Shown: one piece after another, positions 11,663-23,600 of the stretch
How the letters are laid out: the number at the start of each line of letters is the position of its first letter
Position numbering within the stretch: position 1 is the first letter of the stretch
From: Camelus ferus
Taxonomy: Eukaryota
Direction: 5' to 3'
DNA length: 64,000 nucleotides
Assembly: GCF_009834535.1 (NCBI RefSeq)
Contig: NC_045697.1
Coordinates: 13,766,001-13,830,000, forward strand
Program-made: the position numbers and the translations under genes
The notes under the pieces: model-generated
Database searches by the model: none
What the model was told of the DNA's origin: nothing
The model's input: only the letters and a program-made list of their open reading frames with translations

Positions 11663-12934
11663 AATTTATAGAATGTTCAATACATCCATGCTTCACTCCA
11701 GCCGGGGGTTCAAATTTGATGAAGAATTGGTTGTGCTCTCTTCTGACCCACAGGAAAACCTGAAGCCACCACTCATTTCAAAGCATTCCTTAAAAATATT
11801 TTGCTTGCAGAAAACCTGGCCTGGTAGTCAAATTTCTCAGAGATTTCTAACCAGAGGACAGCAGTCCCCAGTGTCTGAACAGTAATCACTGGGGTGAAAG
11901 GTTATGGTATGGATTCCCAAATCAAACACACAGAATACCCTGACGGGAATCTCAGCAAACAGCATGAGACACAGAGAAGGGTCACAGATTTTCACATGTG
12001 AGTGGCTGTTGTCCTAATTAGTAAACCTGAAATTCACTTGAAGCTGTTCCTTTGTTAATCGTGACTGTGGCTGTTTTCTTAACACTGAAAGGATGACTAC
12101 GGATCATTTATGAAGAGCTGTAGACTGTCAGTTTTATTTGAACACCTACAAATGTGAAATATGCACAAAGCTTAGATATGGCAAATAGGATCAATCTATT
12201 TACATGTCATGATTGGCCGATATAAATGCCCATGAAGTCTATAACAACCTTCCAATATCCTTTCTTAGGATAGTTATCCTTCTGGGACCCGCTCGCCCAG
12301 AAAAAGACACCTGGTTTCCTTAGATGAGCAAACCATAAATGAAGGTTTTGTGGAATCCTCAAAATAACAATCACTTTCTCATGTCTCTCTGGCTCAAGAT
12401 AGTGTCATCGCCATTCCTATATGCTTAGGAATTAAAATTAGATGAATTACTACGGAAGGGTTTGCTTTCAAATTAAGAAGATATGGGATAAAAATTCTAA
12501 ATAATATTGTAATCTGAAAATCCCTTTGATAAGAACGGGGCCATCATAACTTGAAGACATATACACGTTCCGCAAATGAGAACACTGCTACAAAATTCAC
12601 TGTAATTCACTTGCTTTGGGGGCATATACAAATCATTTTACATTTTAACAAATCATAATTTATTTCCAGTAACAAATAATAGTTCCTTTGGGTTATATGT
12701 AAAGAAAGAACCATGGTCTTCTAGATTTGGCTGTGGAAAATTAAGAGAAAAGGGACTACAGAAGGGAAAGAGAGAAAAATTATGAATGATACTAAGATAA
12801 ATATGTTGAAGAGTGAAAATTCTAGATTTCCAACATAGAGAAGAATTTTCAAGGTTTATCTTGAAAATTAAATGCCAAGAAGCTTAATAAATTCACATTC
12901 CTAATGTGCATTGAATTTTGGAACCAATGAATTA

Positions 12935-13155
12935 TAACACTAATTATAGCTCACAGGGAGAGACAATATACTAGTAAATTAGTAAGTAAATAGCATATAC
13001 AGTGGAGAAAAGTAAAGCAGAAAGGGAAAGAAAGAAACACGGGCAGAGGGTAATCAGGCCATGGGTGCTCTGGGTGCAGCTTTAGCTAGAAACATCCAAG
13101 GTCTCGGGGGTAAAGTGGCATTTGAGCAAAGACCTGAATGTGGTAAAAATTGAAG
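12935..13155 (-). mobile_element. L2 fragment
   Basis: gggagagacaata ... gtggagaaaagtaaagcag ... aagtggcatttgagcaaagacctgaatg. Confidence 0.6.
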
Positions 13156-13429
13156 TCATGAGAATCTGACATCTTTTGTCAGAGAGAACAAGTTTGCAAA
13201 TGTATGAAATATAAGACAATTTGGAGAAAACTTTGAATAATATCCATTTTTGTCCTCACTCACATGGATGGATTTCAGTGTGTAGGAGCTTCTCTCCTTT
13301 GCATTGAGATCTGATATAATACTGAAAATTGAGAATGGGAATGTGGAGGGGAAAATTACACCTGTTTTCAACTAATTTGCTTTTCATGTTGTATTGCATA
13401 TTTCATATATTTAAATATTGGTTTTTCAG

Positions 13430-13465
13430 CTGTAGCCCAAAAAAAGCCCCTCTGGAAATGACGCA
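13430..13465 (+). other. Candidate microexon (36 nt, or 30 nt from the alternative AG at 13435)
   Basis: Branch-like CTAAT at 13372, U-rich tract, ttttcag| and tag| acceptors, GCA|gtacgt donor, TGCATG at 13577. Host gene not recognised. Confidence 0.3.
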
Positions 13466-14601
13466 GTACGTCTCTGTGGGATATATTTCCTGCATTTAAA
13501 AAATACACAATAAAAAGCAAAAAGTAACTCCATAGTGTCTGTGTTCCATCAACCATATCTTATTTTCTAATTACACTGCATGCACGCTCCTTTTAAAGTT
13601 AATTTTCTCTCTGTATAAACATTGTAACAGACTTATTTTTAGATCTTTCTTTAGCTTGATTTTATTCCATTTAGGAGAAGAGTATTTTGATTTTTCAGAG
13701 AAGTTTGTATGTTTATGATTAACTATCAAATATGGAACTCTATTTAAAATAAAAATGATTTTAATGACCAAAAAAAAGAAAAAAAATTCTTGTTTCCACA
13801 AAAAGATAAACTTTTAATTCTAGGTTTGCAAGCGTCTTCAATGTGCTTGGTATTTTATATAGAAAGAAACAAAGCCCACGGTTTTACATTGGTAATAATA
13901 AGTTAACTAAGCAAGCATGTTAAATTATTAAATTTGGAGAATACATTGTGCTTATTATGTTACTTACCCTTGCAGTGAACTAGAAAATGAATGTGGTCAT
14001 TCCAGACTGGTTAAATTGGAAATATATTTTATACAGATGTGTCTAATGTAGTTTCCTGGCAGAGGAATAATGTGCACAGCTTATATTTGTAAGTATACAA
14101 ATCTGGTTTTATATTACGACGCAGTTCTGTAAAATCAGATTTTCCCCTCTGCACTCCGGTTTTCACTTTCAGGATATATTTACATCCTTTTATCATTTAA
14201 AGTATCTTTATTAAAACACTATTTTTTCCAGATCCTTCGGAGTTTGTTTCATTTATGGGTAGGTTGGGGATTGGGGTTTGGAATCGGAGAGAATTTAAGA
14301 ATAAACAGCGAGCATTCTATTTAAAACCAAGAGATTCACCCTCCTTAATTAGTGCTAAATTGATTTTTACAAAATCCTATTTCTGCCATCGGCTTAGTTG
14401 AGATCATGTTCCTTTTTATTTCACTTTGGAACTTTTATTAATGTCAACTAATTTTACTTCCATTTGTTAAGATAGCTAGACAATGTTACAGCATCCATTT
14501 CAGTTCTGTTGGAAATTTTCATTAGATCAGTTCAGCCCCGAAAACAATGAAAAATTTATCTAGACTCCATCAACATCTCTGATGTCTTGGATTTTATGAG
14601 A

Positions 14602-14625
14602 GTGTGTGTGTGTGTGTGTGTGTGT
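14602..14625. repeat. (GT)12 microsatellite
   Basis: Directly visible. Confidence 0.95.
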
Positions 14626-16349
14626 ATGAGATAATTGCTTATTTACTTTTATTGCCTGCATTTTAAGGGACGTTTCAGTGGCTGGATTTATTACAGAAAT
14701 AAAATAGATTTTGTTACATTTACTTTTCAGTTAATGAAGAGTCCTTATTGCACGTTGCTCCGGAACCTCTAACAGAGTGGTTCAAGGTTACGTTATTTGA
14801 AAATTGGAGTTTTCATATGATGCCAGTGTAAAGGCAGCACAGAAGGGCCTAAGCAAGTTAGAATGAAGTCATCGTGTGTCAGTGTGAAAGTGCCACTGGA
14901 CTGCTATTCTAGTTCTCAAGGCAGCTAACACGTATGCTCCTTCTCTGGGGATCCTGTGAAAGGAAGGTTTATTAATTAGTAGTTTTCTTAAACCAGGACT
15001 CAGAAATTCTGGGTGCCACATCACTCCTGGAATTTATTTGACCGGTGGATTATTGCACCACGGATAAGAAAGCATACATTTCAAATCAGGCCTTTCATTT
15101 GGGCCCAACGGGTCCAAAGTGTACTGTGCTGAGAGGGCAGAAAAAGCACACTGATTTTTTGGGGGTGTCGCCAATGGCCATGACCAGTGGAGTTCAAGAC
15201 TGGTCCTCAGCAAGATTATCAGTTAGCCAGTGCTGGCTGTCAGCATCATATCTCCACTTCCTTTCCTGCCTGCAGGGTTGCCTCAGAGCTCGCTTGTACT
15301 AGAAACCATTCCCAGGTGAGCCCTAGGTTTGGACCTTTTCCAAAGGAAAGTCACACAAAAGCAGTGCAGGGCAATTTATGCTAAATGATACGGCAAAAGT
15401 TCTATCGCTGTGCAGAGGAGAAATACACATGGTGTCTCAGTCAGGGAGGACTCCAGAAACAGTAAAAACTGAGGCATTTATTGAGAATTGACTCAACATG
15501 AGGCACTACGATAAGCACTTTGTGCACATATTGATAATGTAATAAAGTAGGAGTAATACTTTCTGTACAAATAATAAACCTCAGGCTAAATTCAATTATG
15601 TGTCATGTTTGGAATCACGTGTTCTTAGTCAACGAGCTGCAAATATCTCATTTTCTGCACAGAGGTGAGCCCGAATAATTCCTTACAATACTTTCTTGAA
15701 AAGATGAGAAGGGTGATGGTGGCTAAAGACGTGGGATCTCTGCTTCTCCCTTAATGAGCAAGGCCTCTCCAGATTTGAAATAAAATGCCTGGGACTTGTT
15801 GAAACATGAAATTCAAAGCAAGCAGAGAACACATCACTAAGCTGAAGATGTTTGTTTAAATAACGTTTATGCACGAATCACTAGATCAGCAATGTTTTTA
15901 AATTGTCAGTTGCATTTCACCGGTTTATCAGCTTTAATCGTTATATATGGATTTGACAGTCTAGTCTCTGCTCCCATACTTATGAAAAATGGGTAGATAC
16001 CAAATTTAAAGATTGAAGGAAAATACCTTGGCAGTACAAGAACATTACTTTAAGGAATAATTATGAGCTGCTAACACAATTGATATCTACTGTGATTGAA
16101 CAGATAACATCATAAACTACAAAACTGATAGCCATCCTAAAAAAACTCCTTCTTCCTGACTTTCACAAATGTTTAGTCACCTTTATATTCTATTGATTCT
16201 GTATCTGCAGTTTCTGTCCTGACTTCTCCTTTCTAGAGCTTCAAGGCAATTCCACGTTCATTCAAGGAACATTCATTGAGCTCCTACTCGGTTGCAGGCA
16301 CTCTTCCGGATGCTAAGGATAATACAGCAAACAAAACCAGAACACAATT

Positions 16350-16478
16350 TGAATACAAATTCTTTGTAGGTAGAAATTTTGATTTCTATTGGGTTCTTTT
16401 CACTGTTATATTACCAGTTTTCACGACAATGCCTGCCCCATAGAAAGGACTCAGTAATTATTGGTTGAATGAATAAAA
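16350..16478 (+). mobile_element. L2 3' terminus nested in opposite orientation
   Basis: ttcactgttatattaccag ... acaatgcctgccccatagaaaggactcagtaattattggttgaatgaataaa. Confidence 0.65.
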
Positions 16479-16971
16479 AACAGACTGAATCTGTGTTCTC
16501 ATGTAGATTTATACCCTGTTGCGGGAGGGTGGGGCAGACAGGTAAGGGCGTCTTACAATCAAAAACAAATAAGCATGCATTAGATTACATAATACTTTGC
16601 ATAAAATAAGACAAGGTAATACATGTAAAGTGACTGAGTAACAAAGAGGGTGTTTTTATAAATGAGATTTGATTCGAGCAAAGAACTGAAAGATCCGAGA
16701 GATGATACAGCCATCGAGGAAGAGTGTACAAATGAGAGACCAGTGTGTTCGGCATTTTCATAGAACCGACTGACTAGTGAGGTCAGATCAGTGTGAGCCT
16801 GCAGAGAGGCACAGACACAAAGTCCAGTGAATAGCAGGTCGGTGGTCAGTACCAGTCACACACCACCCTGTGGTCCCAAGTTAGGGTTTTGGATTTTAGC
16901 CCCAGAGGTGTGAGAATACATTGGAGTGATCTGAGCAGAGAGGCGATCTGATCTGCCTCTTACTTTCTTCC

Positions 16972-17262
16972 AGTTTTACTGAGACATCATTGACATACAG
17001 CACTGTATACATTTAAGAGGAACAACATAATGATTTGGCTTACACACATCATGAAATGATGATCACGGTGAGTTTAGTGAGAATGCAGCACCTCGTAGAG
17101 ATACAAATTTTTAAAAAACAGAGGAAAGTTTTTTTTCCTTATGATGAGAACTCTTAGGATTTACTCTCAACGACTTTCATATATAGCAAACAGCAGTGTT
17201 AATTATGTTTATCATGTTGTAGGTTACATCCCTAGTACTTATGTGTCTTATAGCTGGAAGTT
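16972..17262 (-). mobile_element. 5'-truncated L1 3' UTR (L1MA/artiodactyl-type)
   Basis: ttttactgagacatcattgacatacagcactgtatac ... gatgagaactcttaggatttactctc ... catgttgtaggttacatccctagtactt. Confidence 0.8.
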
Positions 17263-17559
17263 GGTTTAGCTGGATCCTTCTGGGGAGCAAAGTAAGAAGC
17301 TGGAATACCAGCGAGGAGGTGATTACAGTGGTCCAAACAAAACCTGAATCCTATGGAATGTAAAACAACTGTCTCCCAAGTGTATCTACTCATTCTCTTT
17401 GGTGATGCTTTTCAGCTTCTGCTTCCCTGCTCAGTCCCCACATGCGATGTAATCTAGCACATGAAATTACTTTCAGTACCCAACACATCATCAATCCCAG
17501 GGCCTCTGTTCCTATATATACTTAGAAATTTTAAAAAGCTTTCAAATGAAAGTGCTTTG

Positions 17560-17710
17560 ATCAGAGGTGGTTAAATTTGGGGTGTTATGGACCTTTGAGA
17601 GGTTTTTTCCTCTAAGAAGTATACACACATACACACACACATACACACACTAACCAATATTCCCTTGTAATTATAAGGAATTTTTAGATTCCCTCAAAAT
17701 CCATTCTTGC
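17560..17710. mobile_element. hAT MER (MER103C/MER94-like) remnant
   Basis: atggacctttgagag ... (ca)n ... tgtaattataaggaatttttagattccctcaaaatccat resembles these old hAT MITEs. Confidence 0.4.
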
Positions 17711-17899
17711 AATGTATTTACAAATAGATATCCTTAAGAATGATCAAATTCAGTACTTCCAAATTGCATTACATCACATATTATTTTTGGGGGGGTTTCA
17801 TAGTTACATAAACATGGGAAATGCTACCTACTATTCCTGTGTCTTGGAGAATCTCTGCATAAATTTTTATTAAAGTTTGAAATGTATTGCTGAAAATAA

Positions 17900-18030
17900 T
17901 GTACAGTTGAGGAAACTAAGGTACAAAGAGATTAAATAATTAGCCCAGGAAATAAAATCCAGAAAATGACTATGACAAGTTATAAATCAGGAATTTCATC
18001 TCCATGTCCCTCCTTCTAACTCCATGTCAG
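17900..18030 (-). mobile_element. MIR core
   Basis: tacagttgaggaaactaaggtacaaagagattaaataattagcccagg. Confidence 0.65.
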
Positions 18031-18539
18031 ATGCAAATTCAGTTCTAAATCAGCGACTTCATTACATAGTCGAGCCCCAGAGAGATTAAGCTATTGCTCC
18101 AAATTTCCTCATTTAATATACATTCCCAAAGTGTTAGGTGATTTTACAGACTATAATCATTTATCACCCAAACTTAGAATATATACATTTAACTAGTCCA
18201 TGAAGATGAAACAGATGGGTAATTATTATTCTTTAAAGAATTCTAATACGATTTAAAAAAAAACAATTAATTACTTTTTCCTCTAAAGTACAGTAAAATG
18301 ATTAGTTTTGTCACAGCTTTTAATACTTTCTATTAATTTTCTGTCACAATGCTGTAATTAACTGCATCATCAATAAAAATACAAGATTTTTTCTATTAGA
18401 ATCATTCACATACTGAAATTACTGTTTATAATTGAGAATTGAGGATATGATCTTTCTTTATTTAGTATATTTGTTTTAGTTTTTAACAAATATCCAATCC
18501 AATATTAGATCCCCAAAGTGACTGATACAAGGTATTTTC

Positions 18540-19223
18540 TTTTTTTAATTTTTTAATATATATATTATTGAAGTATATTCAGTTTACAATGTTGTGTCAA
18601 TTTCTGGTGTAGAGCACAATACTTCAGTCATATAAGAACATATATATATATTCGTTTTCATATTCTTTTTCACCATCAGTTACTACAAGGTATTGAATAT
18701 AGTTCCCTGTGCTATACAGAAGAAACTTGTTGTTTATCTATTTTATATATACTAGTTAGGATCTGCAAGTTTCGAACTCCCAGTTTATCCCTTCCAACCT
18801 CCTTCCCTTCCTGGTAACTATAAGTTTGTTTTCTATGTCCATGAGTCTGTTTCTGTCTTATCAATAAGTTCATTTGCCTTTTTTTTTTAGATTCCATATA
18901 TAAGTGATCTATGGTATTTGTCTTTCTCTTTCTGGTTTACTTCACTTAGCATAATATTCTCTGGGTCCATACATGTTGCTGCAAATGGCATTATTTTATT
19001 CTTTTTCGTGGCTGAGTAGTATTCCATTGTCTGAATATACCACAACTTCTTTATCCAGTCATCTGTCGATGGACATTGTTTCCATGTCTTGGCTATTGTA
19101 AATAGTCCTGCTATGAACATTGGGGTGCATTTATCTTTTTGAGTTAAGGCTCCCTCTGGATATATGCCCAGGAGTGGGATTGCTGGGTTGTACGGTAAGT
19201 CTATTTTTAGTTTTTTGAGGAAT
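18540..19223 (-). mobile_element. Lineage-specific 5'-truncated L1 (ORF2 C-terminus, 3' UTR, poly-A) with diverged 18-bp TSD
   Basis: ORF 18887..19267(-) reads [23 protein letters not shown] ... PMFIAGLFTIAKTWKQ ... MEYYSA, the L1 ORF2p C-terminus; T-rich tail at 18540; TSD ctgatacaaggtattttc / ctgatatgaagtgttttc. Confidence 0.95.
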
Positions 19224-20881
19224 CTGATATGAAGTGTTTTCATGTAAGCTCCCTTAAAATGCTCCAACTCTCACAAGAGCTTGACTCATTTGAAACATTA
19301 GTAAGGTTGCTATAAATGAGGAAAGAAATAAGCCCTTTAGTTGTATTGAAATGACCAAATATGAACTGAGTTTGTTTGCCTAAGGAGGGGAACAGGAGAA
19401 CCAAGGAGTATTTATCATCTGATTAATTTACTCATTCACTTATAATGGTAAAAGCAAAACTCATATATAGAGAAAAAAATCCATTTTTGTCTCCCATTTT
19501 CCCTTCAGATCTGCTTTTATGGAGTGAAATTGCCTTGCTCCATTGAGAACTTGGGCAATCCTAAAGTCTTTGCGGCGAAATCCTAGGTTTCAGGAAGTCC
19601 TACAATCTCTTTAGGTTTCAAAATGCTATTCAAATTAAGCCATTAGAATACCAGTCCATTGTGCTAACTAACACTTTTCATCTCCATCCCAAGGTAGACA
19701 TTTTTTGCTTTCTTTCAGCTGGGATTGGCTAAAGAGGAGTCGAATGCTACCTGGCAAGGAACGTGTCTGTTTCTCTCCTCATTTTGCTCTCCTCCTTGTC
19801 TAGATTCATGTGCTATTTCTCCACCATAAGAGTTGAAATGGGAACATTGTGGTGAAGTAAGGGGCTGGAAAATTTCTTACTTAACTCGATTTGGAATAAG
19901 ATGGCTCTGCATCCTTTGGCATGGTTGTTACATGGTTTCCTGAATTTTTTAGAACCTCCTTTGATGTGTCTTATGAGTTTCAGCTCCTTTGATGGAGGCC
20001 CTACCTCCTCTCCTCCTGACTGCACCTCATCACCCCTTAACTTTGGCCCCTCCATTACACCCCCCAGCCTCTCACTCTGGAGTCTCCTCACTCTGGCAGG
20101 AAACGTGGAAAGGACGTCATTTCAAAGAACTCGAGACAAGTAGTCCCACCACCATATGGTACATAGACCAAGGTCTCTCAGTAATTCTCAGAAGTCTCTT
20201 TACCAGGTCTGAAGTTGGACAGAAGCATCCTCCCTCCCTTGGGAGATGAAACTCACAGTGCAGCTCTTTCCTAAGCAAACCTCACATCCTCACCCAATGT
20301 TCATGCCTTCAGTCAACTTCCCTCTGAATGAGGAGCTTTTCACATTTCCTTTTACTTCGGCGTCTTTGTGTGGCAAATGTCTTCCAAATGTCATCTCTCT
20401 TGTGCTAGCATCTTGTCACTTCTAACAAATACTTACTGAGCACATACTGAGGGCCACAGTCTGTTTGCCTGTGAGACTTGCCTTTAGCGAGAAACACAAA
20501 CATTAAGCAGATACTTAGAACTGATACTATTTAACATCAACCTCTAGAACATCCAACGTTTCATAATCATGTTTCAAAATTACCCTGTTTATACAATAAT
20601 CAATTATGTAATTCTATGTCAGAAGTTCAATAAAGAGGGAAAAAACTTTCAACACTTGATAATTACACTGTGTTCTGATGCTCCCAAGTTATCTTCTTAA
20701 TTTATTCATCTGTCAGATATGATTTGAACATAAACTTTGTACAAATTGTTACACCTTAGAGGATACAAATATATGCCATATCTGGTCTCATACACAATGA
20801 TAACTATACTATCCAAGGTGACAATGTAAGTACTAAAGAATGACAGCTGAAATACAATGAAATGAATTTATCCATTCATTC

Positions 20882-21030
20882 ATTTTTTAGTTGAGGTGTA
20901 ACCAACATACCAAAAATTTCACATATTAAATATGTATGAATTAATGTTTTGACATGTGCACACTCATGTGAAATCAGCACAATCAACAAAATGAATATAC
21001 CTATCACCACCTCCAAAACTTCCTTATAAA
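20882..21030 (-). mobile_element. L1MB/L1MC-type 3' end
   Basis: ttttttagttgaggtgtaaccaacatac ... gttttgacatgtgcacactcatgtg ... ctatcaccacctccaaaacttcc. Confidence 0.65.
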
Positions 21031-21059
21031 CTTATATAATACAGTTTTTATTATAACCT

Positions 21060-22470
21060 CAATAACATCCTTGCCAGTTACTCAGTATCAGTTCTGTGTC
21101 AACTTAATTGATTTTTCTCTCCATTGGAGGGGGTATTTTTGTGTTTCTTTTTACATTTGATAATTTTTAAACATTTTTATTGAGATGTAATTGACATGTA
21201 ACATTATATTGGTTTCAGATGTACAACTTACTGATTCAATATTTGTATATATTGCAAAATGATTCCCATGCCAGTCTAGTCAGCATTCATCATCACACAT
21301 AGTTGCACATTTTTTTTCTTTTGATGAGAACTTTTAAGATCTACTCTTCTAGCAACATTCCAATATACAATACAGTATTAGTTACTATAGTCACAAGCTG
21401 TACATTACATCCCAGGACTTGTTTATTTTATAACTGGAAGGTTGTATCTTTTGACCACCTTCACCCATTTTGCCTGCCCCCCTACACTCTTCCTCTGGCA
21501 GTCAGCAATCTGTACTCTGTATTGATCAGTCCAGTTTGTTTGTTTGTTTGTTTGTTTTAGAGTCCATGTATAAGGAAAATTCAGCAATTCCACTTGTGGG
21601 TATTTACCCAAAGTAAAGGAGAACACTAATTTAAAAGCAGATGTGCACCCCCATATTCATTGCAGCATTATTTACAATAACATGGAAGCAACCTAAGTGT
21701 CCATCAATGGATGAACAAATAAAGAAAAAGTATAATTTTGCCAGGTAAAATGCCTGGTAATTTTTGATGCATACCAGAAATCATGACTGTCAACTTGCTG
21801 GGTGCTGGACATTTTTGTATTCAGAAAAATATTCTTGGGTGTTTTCTGAGTTGAGCTTCAATCACTGGAAACAGTTTGACTCAAGTCTTTTTAAGATGTG
21901 TTAACTGGACCACAACAATGCTTGCTCCAGGGCTAATCTTTCCCCAATTCTGAGGCAACACTTTCTGTAATCTACCCAATACCCTGTCAATTGGGAGGTT
22001 TTCCAACCTGGCTTAAGTGATCAGGTATCATTCCTAGAAAGGACTGTGTGAGTCTTGGATTTTCTTACCTACAGTCCTTTGGTGGTGGTGATGTCATTGG
22101 CCTCCAGTAGTTTCTTCACATGCATGTGTTGACTGGTACTCAGATGAACACCTGAGGAGAGCCGTCTGCAGTATCTAGGATTCTCTGTATATGCAGCTCT
22201 CTCCCTCAGGTGTTCTGTCCTGAACATTCTAACCTTGTTGTTATCCTTGAAACTCTAAAGAGTTCACCATCCATATTTCTTTTCCCTGCACCATGCCTGA
22301 TGACTCTGCAAAGGCAGTAAATTGGGGAGATTGTAAAACTTAACTTGTTTTCTCTCTCTAAGTGATTACTGTCCTCTGTTGCTGATGCCCAATAAATTGA
22401 TTTTTTTTCCATTTTACTGTTGTTTCAACTTGAAGAGTAAATCCAATCCCTCTAATTCATCTCCACTGAA
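21060..22470 (-). mobile_element. L1MC/L1MD-type 5' region relic
   Basis: tgcctggtaatttttgatg ... cttgctgggtgctggacatttttg ... cactggaaacagtttg ... cagggctaatctttcccca; interrupted by a younger L1 at 21174. Confidence 0.6.
21174..21729 (-). mobile_element. L1 (L1MA/artiodactyl-type) with inverted 5' segment
   Basis: 21174-21577 is the antisense 3' UTR with T-rich tail; 21578-21729 is sense ORF2 (cagcaattccacttgtgggtatttaccc ... tgtccatcaatggatgaa). Confidence 0.85.
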
Positions 22471-22487
22471 AAAAAAATCTGATTCTT

Positions 22488-23600
22488 TCCTTATTTTATT
22501 GAATTTCTAACATGTGATGTAGACTGGTATGCACTGGGGAGAGACCAATGAACAGAACAGACAAAAACTATTACCTTCAGGTGGCTTACACTTTATGGGG
22601 GGGTGGGTAGAGTCATAAAAAATACATAAATAAACTATATATACATACATACATATATATGGTTAGTTAGATTGCAGTAAATTTCAGAGGGAAAAATAAG
22701 GCAGGGAAGGAAAGTACGAAGTACTGACAGGAGATACATTTAAATGTGGGAAGGTCACACTAAAAAGTCATAGAGAAGAAAGAGGAAACCATGAGGATAC
22801 TGGAGGTCGAGCATTTCAGGCAGAAGGAACACCAAGTTCAAAGACTCTGAGATGGGAGCATGCCTGAATGCCCAAGGAATAGAATGAAAACCAATGTGAC
22901 CGGAGCAGATTTTCAAGTAGAATTGTGAGGGAAGCTGAAATTTGACAGACATGAGAAGCAAACATTCCAGAGCTTTGCAGGCTAACTGATGTATCGTGGA
23001 CCTCCAGGGAGTGGAGGAGTGCAAGATGTGCCATTTGTCCTAGCGCAATTATGCTGGCTGCTCTGGCTATGACAGGCTGCAGGCAGACATGGTCTGAATC
23101 TAGGAGACTGGTTATTTGTCCAGCTTTGGGAATGCAGGTGAGATATAACGATACAATGGATCAGAAAAATAGAAGTAGTGAAAAAGCATTGGTTTCTAGA
23201 AATATTCTGGGAAAGCCAACAGTTTATGCTGATGAATTCAATATGGGGAAGGAAAGAGAAAAAGTCAAGGATGACTCCAGAGAATTGGCCTGAGCAACTG
23301 GAAGGATAAGTGGGGAAGGGTAAGCAGAGGGAGAAGTAAGTTGGAGGAAGAATGATGAAGAGCATAAGGAAAGGCACAGAGGCAGGAACGCCATGCTGTC
23401 TGTGTGGGGGGGCCAGGAGCTGAGCTATCTGAGTGGTGCGGGAAGTTCTTATGGCAACGTGCTGGTAAAAAAAGGGGGTAAGGGCAGTTGTGGCCAGAGC
23501 ACAGAAAGTCTTGAATACCAGCAAAAGGGTTTGTAATTTATACAGTTTAGGAGAGAAGCCAGGGAAAAGTTTTTGAGGGCCTTCAGTGAAAAACTTCAGG
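22488..23600 (-). mobile_element. L2 3' region
   Basis: ttattgaatttctaacatgtg ... gagcatttcaggcagaaggaacaccaagttcaaagactctgag ... gtcaaggatgactccag ... ggcctgagcaactgg. Confidence 0.8.

Larger units (their letters stand above)
16255..17345 (-). mobile_element. L2 (3' region) containing a nested + strand L2 tail and a younger L1
   Basis: ttcattcaaggaacattcattgagctcctac start; ttcgagcaaagaactgaaag; ttttggattttagcc; aggaggtgattacagtggtcca. Confidence 0.75.

Noticed and set aside
13967..14056. Minus-strand exon-like unit with good acceptor and AGG|gtaagt donor
   Set aside because: Stop codons in all three frames; could only be a non-coding exon, and there is no supporting evidence.
22982..23524. 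Longest ORF (180 aa, minus strand)
   Set aside because: Lies inside a degenerate L2 relic, with no intact domain; consistent with a chance open frame.
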